From an uncultured bacterium (GTDB lineage Bacteria > Eisenbacteria > RBG-16-71-46 > CAIMUX01 > WJJG01): DNA of 64,000 nucleotides. The DNA is taken from NCBI GenBank assembly GCA_964417675.1, contig CAYQJL010000282.1, positions 68,077 through 132,076 on the forward strand, written 5' to 3'. Under the pieces are notes generated by a model. That model was not told the origin of the DNA. It was given only the letters and a program-made list of their open reading frames with translations, and made no database searches. The translations under genes were made by a program, and so were the position numbers. Numbering within the stretch: the stretch's first letter is position 1; every line of letters begins with the position of its first letter. Positions 21,513 through 30,989 of this stretch are shown one piece after another.

Positions 21513-24500
21513 CTAGAAGTCGTAGCCGATCGACAGCTCACCCTTGGCCTTGCCCGCCCAGCGCGACAGCTCGCTGCGCCGCACCAGATCCCAACGCAGG
21601 ACGAAGATGCCGAGATTGACGGACGCGCGCAAGCCCACGGAAGCCCTCAGATCCTCGAGCAGTAGATCCCCACTGCCCTCGTCCGTCCGGAATGCGCGGA
21701 ACTGCTCGGGCTCATCCCAGGCCGCTCCCACGTCACAGAAGAGCGCCCCACGCACGCCACCGATCAACAGCGGCAGCGGCCAGGCCATGTAGAATGCTTC
21801 GATGAAGGGGAATCGAAACTCCAGATTCACGAACGCGATCTTGGCCCCGTAGAGCGGATGATCCGCGAATCCCCGCAGCGTGTAGGGCCCTCCGAAGATC
21901 AGCTTGCGATCCTCCTCGCCCCACTCGCCCGCAAACACGCCCCGCAGGGCCAAGGCGTAGTAACGATGAATGTTATGGTAGCGGCGGTAGTCCAGGGAGA
22001 ACCCGTATGAGGCCCGCTGCCCGATGGTCGCGTAGGCCGACGCACGTGAGCGGCGCCCGGCCAGTGGTCCGGTCGGCCCCCAGAGAGCGGAGTCATACAC
22101 CCAGGCCATCTCCGGGCGCAGATACCACGCATCGCTCTTGCGCTCGGTCCACCTGCAGTTCCAGGGATCGTTCGCACCCTCGTCGGCACAGGTGTAGAGG
22201 TAGCGTTTCTCCTGAACGATGTCGAGGCCGGCCTCGAACCGGCGGAACCGCGAGACCGAATGCAACCACACCGCCCGCATGCCCCGCAGAAGGCGCTGCT
22301 CGAAATCCTCCAGATAGCCCGGGACACCGCTGTACCCGTACCCCGTCCAGTACTGGTACAGACCGATGCCGAAGGAGGGCCGCGACCCCAGATCGCTGTA
22401 GGCAAGCAGGTAGTTGCCCTCTTCCAGGGAGCCGGCCACATCGAGGGCCAGCTGGAGGTTCTTCTCGCCCAGGATGTCGGAGAAGACGAGCATAGATTGG
22501 GCCAACACGCCGAAGCCCGACGCGTACAGGCCCCCGGCCTGGGCATAATCAATGGACAGGCGTGGTCTGTATGGCCGGTCTTCCACCTCGAGTGAGTCGG
22601 TCAGCTCGAACGTCTCCTCGTACAACGATCCAAGATCCACGTTCTTCGACGCGGGCGGATCAAACCGAACCGGCCGCGCCGGGGGTTCGGGCGGCACCGC
22701 CAGCGCGGCCGCCTCACCCTCCACCCCGATCTGGCCCGCGGACCCCTCGGCGGGATCCTCGACGGGACCCCGCGCGCAAGCTTCAGCAGAAGCCTCGGCG
22801 GGCCCCTCGGCGAAGGCCTCCCCAGCAGCCTGGTCGTCCCGCGATGCCCAGACCGTGGCCTGATCGAGGGCGCCTAACGGATCCCGCATCGCGTAGAGAT
22901 TCAATCCCCCGTCTTCGTACACGCTGAAGACGACCCGGTGGCCGTTGTCCGACAGGCTGGCCGCGGTGCCGGTCTCCGTGATGCCGGAGACCCCGGTCAT
23001 CAGGTCAGTGAGCTGGTAGTCCTGGTCGGTCTGCAGGTCGCGCACGAAAAGGTTGGCGGTGCCGGTGCGGTCCGAGACGAACAGGAGATGACGCCCGTCG
23101 GGAAACCACTGCGGGCTGACCTGCTTGCCGCTTTGATTCGGCAGCAGGTCCATGCGGCCGCTGCTCACGTCCAGCGTGGCAAGACGCCAGGGCGAGAAGG
23201 ACTCGTCTTCCCGCGCGCTCACGTAGCCCCGGTCGGTGACGAACACCAGGGTCGTGCCGTCCGGCGACCAGGCCGGCTGATCCGCCGACCAGCGGTCCTG
23301 CGTCAGCGCCGACACCCTGCCGCTCAAACGTTCGACCACATAGAGGTTCGAGCGCGCCTCGCGCAGGCCGACGAAGGCGATCCGGCGGCCGTCCGGTGAG
23401 AAACAGGGCGAGACCAACTCATCCACATCCGGCCGGTAACGTTCCACCACCTCCCGGGTGCGGACATTGACAACGATCAAGTGCTCGCGGCCACCGCTGC
23501 GCGTCACGAGAACGATGTGATCGCCGTCCGGCGCCCAATCGATCGCCGAGCGGAAGAAGCGAAAGGTCTCGAACTCCTCCTTCCGTTGGCCGCGCAGCAG
23601 GCGCCGTTCGTGGCTGCCATCCAGGGCCGAGGCCAGGTAGACGTCCGTGTAGAGAGACTCATCCGAGATGTAGACCATCTCGCCGCCACCGGGCGAAACC
23701 GCCGGGCTGATGTAGAAGGCGGCATGGCGTTCGGCGTGATTCGTGAGCCGACGTCCATAGGCGGAGGCCTTCTTGCGCCCCAGCAACTCCGGCAGGTAGC
23801 GATGTCTCAGCGTGTCGGCCCAATCCTCCGATAGCTTCGCAATCGTCAGTCCGATCGACTCCGACGTTCCACGCTCGAGGTTGTTGCGGCGGGCCAGCGA
23901 GCGAAACCACGCACCCAGCATCTCATCCCCGAACTGCTCCCCGATGTGCGCGACCAGCGACTGCCCGAACCGATACACGCGGATGTCGCCAACCCGCGCG
24001 AGCTGCTCCACACTGAGCAGGCCGCCGCTCATCAGCGCATCCCGCATCCACATCCGCGTATGATGGTTCATACCCGGTGTGCTGAGGTACTCGGCCATTC
24101 CCTCCATGACCCACAGCGGGGGCGCCCAGGCAATGGGATCCAACGACCGTCCGAAGCCGGAGGTGCTGAGGATGTCGATCTGAAACGCATGCACCAGCTC
24201 GTGGGTGATGACGTGATCGAGGTCCGCGTGGGATCCGGTGAATGGCACGACCACTCTGCGCTTGAGCAACTCGGTCACTCCGCTGGTGCCTTCACCGATC
24301 AACCCGCGGATGGCCCGGGTCTCACGGAATTCGGTCTGGGAGGCATAGAACAGGAAGGGAATCGGCTCGGCGATCTCGTGATCGAGAATCCGGCTCAGGC
24401 GCTCATAGGCGCGCTCTGCCAAGAATAGTGCTTCGAGGGCGGTCTCGCGCTCTTCCAGATAGTAGTGGAAGTCGAAGTTCGGACTGTGCAGGACGCGCCA

Positions 24501-24650
24501 ATCACGCTGGTGGCGGTCCACCTTGTTCTGACCAAACGCCTGTGCCTCCCCATCGGTCACGTTCATCAGCAGGGTGAGCGCCGCCAGCAGCAGTAGACGC
24601 AGACCATTGGCGCTTCCTGTCCGACCCATTCCCATTGGCCGCCTCCTCAT
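21513..24650 (-). CDS. Large secreted/outer-membrane protein: HExxH metalloprotease-like domain + TolB-like PD40 beta-propeller + C-terminal Omp85/surface-antigen-like beta-barrel
   Basis: Signal peptide from ATG 24650 (MRRRPMGMGRTGSANGLRLLLLAALTLL). HELVH zinc motif, PD40-type repeats (SPDGRRIAFV, SPDGTTLVFVTDR, FPDGRHLLFVSDRTG), and a C-terminus ending ...GELSIGYDF, typical of an OM beta-barrel terminal aromatic. The ORF is also open in-frame upstream through the 12-bp repeats to 25076. Confidence 0.75.
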   Translation of the reverse strand: MRRRPMGMGRTGSANGLRLLLLAALTLLMNVTDGEAQAFGQNKVDRHQRDWRVLHSPNFDFHYYLEERETALEALFLAERAYERLSRILDHEIAEPIPFLFYASQTEFRETRAIRGLIGEGTSGVTELLKRRVVVPFTGSHADLDHVITHELVHAFQIDILSTSGFGRSLDPIAWAPPLWVMEGMAEYLSTPGMNHHTRMWMRDALMSGGLLSVEQLARVGDIRVYRFGQSLVAHIGEQFGDEMLGAWFRSLARRNNLERGTSESIGLTIAKLSEDWADTLRHRYLPELLGRKKASAYGRRLTNHAERHAAFYISPAVSPGGGEMVYISDESLYTDVYLASALDGSHERRLLRGQRKEEFETFRFFRSAIDWAPDGDHIVLVTRSGGREHLIVVNVRTREVVERYRPDVDELVSPCFSPDGRRIAFVGLREARSNLYVVERLSGRVSALTQDRWSADQPAWSPDGTTLVFVTDRGYVSAREDESFSPWRLATLDVSSGRMDLLPNQSGKQVSPQWFPDGRHLLFVSDRTGTANLFVRDLQTDQDYQLTDLMTGVSGITETGTAASLSDNGHRVVFSVYEDGGLNLYAMRDPLGALDQATVWASRDDQAAGEAFAEGPAEASAEACARGPVEDPAEGSAGQIGVEGEAAALAVPPEPPARPVRFDPPASKNVDLGSLYEETFELTDSLEVEDRPYRPRLSIDYAQAGGLYASGFGVLAQSMLVFSDILGEKNLQLALDVAGSLEEGNYLLAYSDLGSRPSFGIGLYQYWTGYGYSGVPGYLEDFEQRLLRGMRAVWLHSVSRFRRFEAGLDIVQEKRYLYTCADEGANDPWNCRWTERKSDAWYLRPEMAWVYDSALWGPTGPLAGRRSRASAYATIGQRASYGFSLDYRRYHNIHRYYALALRGVFAGEWGEEDRKLIFGGPYTLRGFADHPLYGAKIAFVNLEFRFPFIEAFYMAWPLPLLIGGVRGALFCDVGAAWDEPEQFRAFRTDEGSGDLLLEDLRASVGLRASVNLGIFVLRWDLVRRSELSRWAGKAKGELSIGYDF

Positions 24651-24779
24651 GGCCTCATGCTCCAGGGCGCCCACCAGCGTCCCACCCCTGGCTGACGGGG
24701 GGACAATCCTCAGAAACCGCCGGAAAACAAACCAGTTCCGGATTGCACCGTTCCGGCTCAGGAATGAGGTTTCCAACTC

Positions 24780-24960
24780 CAGGCATGTCTTCAGGCACAT
24801 CTCCAGGCACCTGGCTAGGCACGTCTCCAGGCACACGTCTCCAGGCACGCGTCTGGGCACCTCTCCAGGCACGTCTCCAGGCACGTGTCTGGGCACCTCT
24901 CCAGACATGTGTCTAGGTGCGTGTCCAGGCACGTCTCCAGGCACGTGAGGCACGTGTGTG
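24780..24960. repeat. Imperfect 12-bp tandem repeat array (consensus AGGCACGTCTCC, about 14 units)
   Basis: Direct reading of the sequence. Intergenic, between the GGDEF gene stop (25115) and the protease gene start (24650). The array preserves reading frame (VPGD/VPRH tetrapeptide repeats in the six-frame ORF). Confidence 0.85.
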
Positions 24961-25114
24961 CGCATGTGTCTTTGCAGACTCGCAGGGTGACCCGAGGAGG
25001 TCAAGGGCGGGCATCGCCGAGCACAACAAGGCCGAGCAACCCCCCATCCATGCGGGCGGCTGTGACCGGAGCGCAACCGAAGGCCGGTGGGGTATGCACG
25101 GACGGGACGCGGAT

Positions 25115-26281
25115 CTAGGCTGCCCGGCTCTGATCCTCCGGATCCGGGAGATCCGCGGAATGGGGCGGGCGCGGCGGCTCCAGGCGCGCTCTCTCGCCGG
25201 ATCGATCGCGAGAGGGCCCAACATCGGGGGCGGGCGCGACGACCACCGTGTTGCGCCCCTCCGCCTTGGCGGCAAACAGCGCTCGGTCGGCTGAGCCCAG
25301 TAGCGCCTGATAGCTCGTCCCATCCCGCGGAGCGGTCGCCACGCCGATGCTGCAGGTGATGCCGCCAAAGGTCGCATGGCCGACCCGTGCCCGCTCCACC
25401 GAGCCGCGTAGGTGGTGGGCCTGGGCCAGCGCCTCTTCCTTGATCGAACCGGGCAGGACGATCAGGAACTCATCCCCGCCGTACTTGGCGACCCAGCCGT
25501 TGCTATCGAGGCTGTCGCGCAGCACGCGTCCGACGGCCGCGAGCGCGGCCGAAGCTTCCAGGTGCCCGAACTGGCCATTGTAGGCCCGCAGGTTGTCGAC
25601 ATCGAGCATGAGCACGCTGAGGACACCCCCGTGCCGCGGGATGCGCCGCAAGAGCTTGACCAGGGTCCGCTTCAGGTAGCGGTAATTGTAGATGCGGGTC
25701 AGTTCATCGGTCACCGTCTCGCGCCGCAGGCGCTCCAATCGACCCGAGATCCGTCCGTGAATCGCGAGGTGATCGGCCACCCCCGCTAGCACGGCCTCCT
25801 CTTCATGCGTGAACCGCAGGGAACCGGTTGCGCGCAAGAACGCCAGGCGCAACGGCCGCCGGTCGAGGCCCAACCCCAGGGTCATCACCGGCAAGGCGGT
25901 CTGTTCTTCCGGCCTGTCGCCGGCCGCCTGGTTCTCGCCCCATCCACCCGGACTCACCCGGACTCCCCCTCGGCCCGGCAGGACCAGGCCTCTGCGAACC
26001 CGCCCATCCGGGGGCAGCGTCCGCAGGCAGGCCAGCCAGCTATCCCACCACGTCGATATCTTGCAACCCGGACCGCGCAGCGACACCTTGCTTCCCGACC
26101 CCCCGACAAAATGGGGTACGTTCTGGCCGGGCCCGAGGAGGTGCACCTGATTGGCAGCCAGCACGTCCCCGAGGGAAGCGATGAGCCGCTCAAGGGCGGC
26201 CGCCCGCTTCTCATACGGATAGGGCGTGGCCGCATGCAGGTCGGCCAGCAGCCCCATGAGCTCGTGCTGACGATGGTTCAT
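25115..26281 (-). CDS. Diguanylate cyclase with an N-terminal GAF-like sensor domain
   Basis: The C-terminus has the GGDEF signature (RIYNYRYLK...AKYGGDEFLIVLPG). Start chosen at ATG 26281 (MNHRQHELMGLL). Confidence 0.8.
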   Translation of the reverse strand: MNHRQHELMGLLADLHAATPYPYEKRAAALERLIASLGDVLAANQVHLLGPGQNVPHFVGGSGSKVSLRGPGCKISTWWDSWLACLRTLPPDGRVRRGLVLPGRGGVRVSPGGWGENQAAGDRPEEQTALPVMTLGLGLDRRPLRLAFLRATGSLRFTHEEEAVLAGVADHLAIHGRISGRLERLRRETVTDELTRIYNYRYLKRTLVKLLRRIPRHGGVLSVLMLDVDNLRAYNGQFGHLEASAALAAVGRVLRDSLDSNGWVAKYGGDEFLIVLPGSIKEEALAQAHHLRGSVERARVGHATFGGITCSIGVATAPRDGTSYQALLGSADRALFAAKAEGRNTVVVAPAPDVGPSRDRSGERARLEPPRPPHSADLPDPEDQSRAA

Positions 26282-26458
26282 GGCTCCTCCCCCCAGCAAT
26301 GGGCAGGATGCATGCCAGTGGGCAGCAGGACGCCGAACATGCACACTGTCAAGACGTTGAAGCGGTGGTGACGGCCGGAGTGGGACGCTGCCGTGCGGAT
26401 TGCAGCGGCCGATTCGCACAACGCAATCGGGCAGCCCGGGGGGCTGCCCGACGATCTT

Positions 26459-26531
26459 ACGCCCGGCGCGATTCGAACGCGCGACCTTCTGCTCCGGAGG
26501 CAGACGCTCTATCCAGCTGAGCTACGGGCGC
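26459..26531 (-). tRNA. tRNA-Arg (anticodon CCG)
   Basis: Hand-folded cloverleaf: acceptor GCGCCCG/CGGGCGT, D-arm GCTC..GAGC, anticodon stem TCTGC/GCAGA, loop CTCCGGA giving anticodon CCG, T-loop GTTCGAATC. 73 nt; CCA is not encoded. Confidence 0.85.
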
Positions 26532-26638
26532 TCTCGGCACCCCGACCCCCGACCGGCTGTCGGGCGGCTGAGGGCTCACATGATTTGGTACCAGATCCGG
26601 AGGCAATCGGCAAGCAACGAATGCGCAGCTCCCGGCAT

Positions 26639-28336
26639 TCATCGCTCTCGCGCCATCAGCGCGGCGGCATGCTCACGGGCCTGCCGGTCCTGGGCCGAGC
26701 CACCGAGCATGCGCGCAATCTCGCCGATTCGGGCCGTCTCGTCCAATACCCGCAGCCCGCTCCTGGCACGCGTGCGGTCCTGCTCCTTCCATACCTGGAT
26801 GTGATGATCCGCCGCGGCCGCGATCACCGGCAGATGCGTCACCAGCAGCACCTGCCGGTGCCGACTGATCCGTTGGAGCCGGCGAGCCACCGAACGAGCC
26901 GCGGTGGCCCCCAGTCCGGCGTCGATCTCATCGAACACCGTCATGAGCGCCCGGCCCCGCTCCCCCAACACGACCCGCACGGCCAGCGCCACACGGGCCA
27001 TTTCCCCCCCACTGGCGATCTCGCCGAGCGGCCGCAGGCTGGCGCCAGGGTTGGTGCGTGCCTCCAGCACAACCCGCTCGGCACCCAGCGCGCCGATCCA
27101 GCGCCCCGCGATCTGGAGGGCACGGTCATTCGGCCCGGAGGTGATCGCCCCGAATCGAACAGCCAACTCGACGCCCGGCATCCCGAGTTCCCGCAGCTCC
27201 CGATGAACGCGCCCAACAAACTGCGCGGCCGCCTCTTCGCGCGCCCGAGACAGATCCCGCGCAGCCTGCTCCAACGCGGCCTGCGCCTCGGCGAGCTCCG
27301 TGACAAGGGTCGCGCGGGCCGCCTCGCCGGCCGCAAGCGAATCGAGCGCGGCACGCATCTGGGCGGCCGAAGACAGTATCTCATCCAGCGGTTTGCGGTG
27401 CTTGCGCTGCAACTGCTCGAGGTGCGACAGGCGTTCCTGGAGCTGCGGCAGCACGTCCAGATCGCCATCCCGCTCGCGACGGTGCCGCACGATCTGACGG
27501 GACAGGCCGCGCGCCAGGTGAAGCATTTCCTGAAGCTGTGCCCGCGGCCCGGCGAGATCCTCGCCGCCGGCCTCGTCTTGCGGAATCTGAACAGCCAGGG
27601 ATTCGAGCGCCTCGAGGATCCCCCCCTCCGGCCCGTTCAGGGTCCGCTCCGCGCGCCTGATCCACTCTTGGCGCTGCGCAATCGTCTTGAGGCTGAGAAC
27701 CTGCTCCTTGATCTCGCCCAACTCTCCGGCCCGCGGGTGCAGCTGCTCGATCTCCTGCAACTGGAACCGGAGGTACTCCTCGTCACGTGCGATCGACGCG
27801 AGGCGGCCGTCGTGCTCTTCCAGCTGCCGGGCAGCCTCCTGCGCCGCCGCGAAAAGCAACCGCACGCGGCGCCGGCGCTCGCCCGCCTCCCCGAACAGGT
27901 CGAGCAGGTCCCGCTGGACGTCCGGGTGGCGGAAGCGTTCTTCCTGCCGTTGGCCGTGAATCTCGACCAGCTGGGCGCCCAGCCGCTGCAGGCTGCGCTG
28001 GAGCACCTGCTGGCCGTTCACGAAGCAACGGCTGCCGCCCCCGGCCCTCACCTGGCGCGACAGGAGCACCTCGCGGCCCTCGGTCACGATGCCCATCCCC
28101 GACAGCGACCGCAGCAGGGGGCGGTCGGCACGAAAGGCCGCCTCCACCATGACGCGATCTCCCTCTGGACCGATCCAGGAAGAGGCCGCCCGGGAGCCCA
28201 GCGCCAGACCGAGGGCGCCGAGCAAGAGCGACTTCCCGGTACCGGTCTCCCCGGTGAGCACATTCAGGTGCGGGCTGAACTCGAGTTCCGCGTCGGCAAT
28301 CAGAAGGAAATTCTTGACGTGCAACCGAAGCAGCAT
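26639..28336 (-). CDS. recN: DNA repair protein RecN
   Basis: N-terminal Walker A (LTGETGTGKSLL), long coiled-coil, and C-terminal signature/Walker B region. Start ATG 28336 (MLLRLHVKNFLL). Confidence 0.9.
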   Translation of the reverse strand: MLLRLHVKNFLLIADAELEFSPHLNVLTGETGTGKSLLLGALGLALGSRAASSWIGPEGDRVMVEAAFRADRPLLRSLSGMGIVTEGREVLLSRQVRAGGGSRCFVNGQQVLQRSLQRLGAQLVEIHGQRQEERFRHPDVQRDLLDLFGEAGERRRRVRLLFAAAQEAARQLEEHDGRLASIARDEEYLRFQLQEIEQLHPRAGELGEIKEQVLSLKTIAQRQEWIRRAERTLNGPEGGILEALESLAVQIPQDEAGGEDLAGPRAQLQEMLHLARGLSRQIVRHRRERDGDLDVLPQLQERLSHLEQLQRKHRKPLDEILSSAAQMRAALDSLAAGEAARATLVTELAEAQAALEQAARDLSRAREEAAAQFVGRVHRELRELGMPGVELAVRFGAITSGPNDRALQIAGRWIGALGAERVVLEARTNPGASLRPLGEIASGGEMARVALAVRVVLGERGRALMTVFDEIDAGLGATAARSVARRLQRISRHRQVLLVTHLPVIAAAADHHIQVWKEQDRTRARSGLRVLDETARIGEIARMLGGSAQDRQAREHAAALMARER

Positions 28337-28478
28337 CGTTCGATGGTCCTCTCGCAACCGGCCTGGCCCTACCCACGCCCGCGATCCGCCGGGAACCCGG
28401 TGGGAATACCCCGGAGATCCCGCCGCTACCCGGCGGCAGCCGGCCGGGCACGTGTCCGGATCCAACCTGGCTTGGGAA

Positions 28479-29348
28479 TCACCCCCCCCACTTCAGCTTC
28501 TCGCGCAGCACGTCCCAGAAGGCCCGCTGCCGCAGCTGGACGAAACACGAGCTCTTCTCCGCACGGCGCACCTCGATCGATTCACCGGGATGCAGATCCA
28601 GGAAGACCTGTCCGTCCACGGCCAGGTAGACCTCCCCGTCGTCCCGATTCCACTGGATGCGAATGCTCTCGTATGCGGGAAAGATGAACGGCCGGACCGC
28701 GAGGCTGTGCGGGCAGATCGGCGTCGCGATCAGAGCATCGAGCAGCGGCTCGAGGACCGGCCCGCCCGCCGAGAGCGAGTAGGCCGTCGACCCGGTGGGA
28801 GTCGCGACGATCATGCCATCTGCCTTGAAACGGCCCGCCGAGGCCCGCCCGACTCTGATGTCGATGCCCAGGAGTCTCTGCCGGGCCTCATGAATGACGG
28901 CGTCGTTGAGTCCGTGCAGGGTGGCCCGTGGGCGTCCTTTGGGACTCAAGATGGAGATCTTGAGCATCATGCGCCGTTCAATCGTGTAATCGCCCAACAG
29001 CGTCTGCCGCATGGCATCTTCCAGCTGGCGGATCGACACGTCGGTCAGAAATCCCAGGCCGCCGAAGTTCACACCCAGGATCGGCACCTCGTGGGGATAG
29101 AGCGCCCGCGCCGAGGCGAGCAAGGTGCCGTCCCCGCCGAGAACGACCATGAGATCGACCGTGCGAGCCAATTCCTGTTGAGGCAGACGTTCCACACTGC
29201 TCGGCAGCCTGCCGTTCAGGTCCTCGCTGACCCAAACCCGGCAGGCCGCGCCCTCCAACCATTGGACCAGACGGCCGAACACGGCGCGGCAGCGGCGCTT
29301 CTCGAAGTTGGGGTAGATGCCCACATCCCGAATCGTGCGACGGGTCAC
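28479..29348 (-). CDS. nadK: NAD(+) kinase
   Basis: GGDGT motif (VVLGGDGTLLASARAL), NE/D short motif and a TGSTAYS-like region. Probable GTG start at 29348, which overlaps the xseB stop. Confidence 0.8.
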   Translation of the reverse strand: MTRRTIRDVGIYPNFEKRRCRAVFGRLVQWLEGAACRVWVSEDLNGRLPSSVERLPQQELARTVDLMVVLGGDGTLLASARALYPHEVPILGVNFGGLGFLTDVSIRQLEDAMRQTLLGDYTIERRMMLKISILSPKGRPRATLHGLNDAVIHEARQRLLGIDIRVGRASAGRFKADGMIVATPTGSTAYSLSAGGPVLEPLLDALIATPICPHSLAVRPFIFPAYESIRIQWNRDDGEVYLAVDGQVFLDLHPGESIEVRRAEKSSCFVQLRQRAFWDVLREKLKWGG

Positions 29349-29629
29349 TCCGCATCCTCCCCGTCTGGGTCGTCCAGGCCTTCCGGCGAGATCTTCCCGT
29401 CCGCCATGAGCAGACGCACATCCCGCTCCGCTTCGGTCAGTGTGGCCACGCACCGGTCATAGAGCGCCCGCGCCTCCCGATACAACGCGAGGGCCTGTCG
29501 AAGGTCCGCGGCGCCCCCCTCGAGCTGTTCGGCGATCTCCTCCAACCGCGCCATGGCCGGCTCGAGAGCGAACTCCTCAGGGCTCTGCCCGGTTTGCCCC
29601 GGGGCCACCCCCTTCCTTCTCTGCGCCAT
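29345..29629 (-). CDS. xseB: Exodeoxyribonuclease VII small subunit
   Basis: 94-aa helical protein (EEFALEPAMARLEEIAEQLEGGAADLRQALALYREARALYDRC). Start ATG 29629 (MAQRRKG). Confidence 0.8.
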   Translation of the reverse strand: MAQRRKGVAPGQTGQSPEEFALEPAMARLEEIAEQLEGGAADLRQALALYREARALYDRCVATLTEAERDVRLLMADGKISPEGLDDPDGEDAE

Positions 29630-29655
29630 ATTCGTTGGCCTCCCCCGCCGTCTGG

Positions 29656-30873
29656 TCAGGAATCCCCATCGTCGGCCTCGACCCCCCGACGAGACAGCAC
29701 ACGGCATTCCAAAGCCCCGCGCCCGAGTTGAACCCGGATCTGCTCACCGGGCTCCACGTCGCCGGCACTCCCCAGCACCCGGCCCTGCGGACCGTACGCC
29801 ACCGCATAGCCTCGTTGCAGAATCCCCTCCGGATTCAACGCCGACAGCCTACGCTGCACAGCGGCCAGCGCAGCCCGCTCGCGCGCCAGGCGCACATCCA
29901 TCGCCCGCGTGCAGCGCATCCATAGCTCATCGACCCGCTGGGCCTCCTGCTGCAAGCGATCCACAGGAGAGAGCAGCGCCCGGCTTCTGCGGATCGCGGC
30001 AAGTCGCATCACCCGTCGTTCGAGGTGGTGATGGAGTGCCCGCCCGGCACGGCCCAGAACCGATCGCAGTTCGGCCACGGTCTCCCGATAGTCACGCACC
30101 GCCAGTTCCGCCGCCGCGGAGGGGGTCGGCGCGCGCAGATCGGCGGCGAGGTCGGCAAGGGTCATGTCGGTCTCATGACCCACCGCCGAGATGATCGGGA
30201 TGCGACAGCCCGCAATGGCCCGCACCGTGATCTCCTCGTTGAACGCCCACAGATCCTCGGCCGATCCACCCCCGCGTCCCACGATGAGCAGATCCACCTC
30301 ACCATACGCCTCGAGGGCAGCGATCGCTCCGGCAATCTCTCCGGCCGCCCCCTCACCCTGCACCCGAGTGGGGCGCAGCACGATCTGGATCGAGGGCCAG
30401 CGGCGCCGAAGCACGCGAAGGATATCGCGGACCGCCGCACCGGTCGGCGAGGTGACCAGTCCGATCCGGGTGGGATAGCCCGGCAGGCGCTGTTTGCGCT
30501 CCGGAGCAAACAGCCCCTCGGCGTCCAGTTTGGCCTTGAGCGCCTCGAAGGCCAATTGCAGTTCTCCCTCACCCGCCGGGAGCAGGCGCTCGACGATCAG
30601 CTGGTACTGCCCGCTGCGCGCGTACAGGCCGATGCGTCCAAATCCAGCGCAGGTCAGGCCGTTCTCGGGCATGAAGCGCAACCGCCGGTTGGCGCCCCGA
30701 AACATGACACAGCGCAGCTGGGCATCCGCATCCTTGAGTGAGAAGTAGAAGTGCCCGGAGGAATGGGCTATGAAATTGCTCACCTCGCCTTCCACCCAGA
30801 ACGGCGTCAGACCGTCCTCGATACAGGAGCGGATCAGCTCGGTCGCCTCGCTCACCGAAAGTCGTGGCTGCAT
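29656..30873 (-). CDS. xseA: Exodeoxyribonuclease VII large subunit
   Basis: OB-fold N-terminus (FWVEGEVSNF...GHFYFSLKD) and catalytic core (ISAVGHETD). Start ATG 30873. Confidence 0.85.
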   Translation of the reverse strand: MQPRLSVSEATELIRSCIEDGLTPFWVEGEVSNFIAHSSGHFYFSLKDADAQLRCVMFRGANRRLRFMPENGLTCAGFGRIGLYARSGQYQLIVERLLPAGEGELQLAFEALKAKLDAEGLFAPERKQRLPGYPTRIGLVTSPTGAAVRDILRVLRRRWPSIQIVLRPTRVQGEGAAGEIAGAIAALEAYGEVDLLIVGRGGGSAEDLWAFNEEITVRAIAGCRIPIISAVGHETDMTLADLAADLRAPTPSAAAELAVRDYRETVAELRSVLGRAGRALHHHLERRVMRLAAIRRSRALLSPVDRLQQEAQRVDELWMRCTRAMDVRLARERAALAAVQRRLSALNPEGILQRGYAVAYGPQGRVLGSAGDVEPGEQIRVQLGRGALECRVLSRRGVEADDGDS

Positions 30874-30989
30874 GCCATCCTCACATCGATGGTCTCGGGC
30901 TCGGTCACGACAACCCGTCGCCTGGTCCGACGCCGCCACCCATCACCGCGATCGGCCGCGCCGGCCTGCCCCCCGGTCACGGTCCGCCG

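Noticed and set aside
24780-24960. Possible CRISPR array (regular short repeats)
   Set aside because: The units are directly adjacent with no unique spacers, there are no cas genes in the window, and the units are only 12 bp. The same reasoning applies to the arrays at 31895, 41829, 57477 and 63722.
26393-28687. 764-aa plus-strand ORF, with similar long plus ORFs at 1598-2647, 18214-19692, 20730-21665, 28089-29462, 36566-38077, 43284-45176 and 48787-50325
   Set aside because: All lie antisense to minus-strand genes with strong identifiable homology (recN, mutS, rpsA, purM and others). They have R/P/G-rich low-complexity composition and no motifs. They are artefacts of 68% GC.
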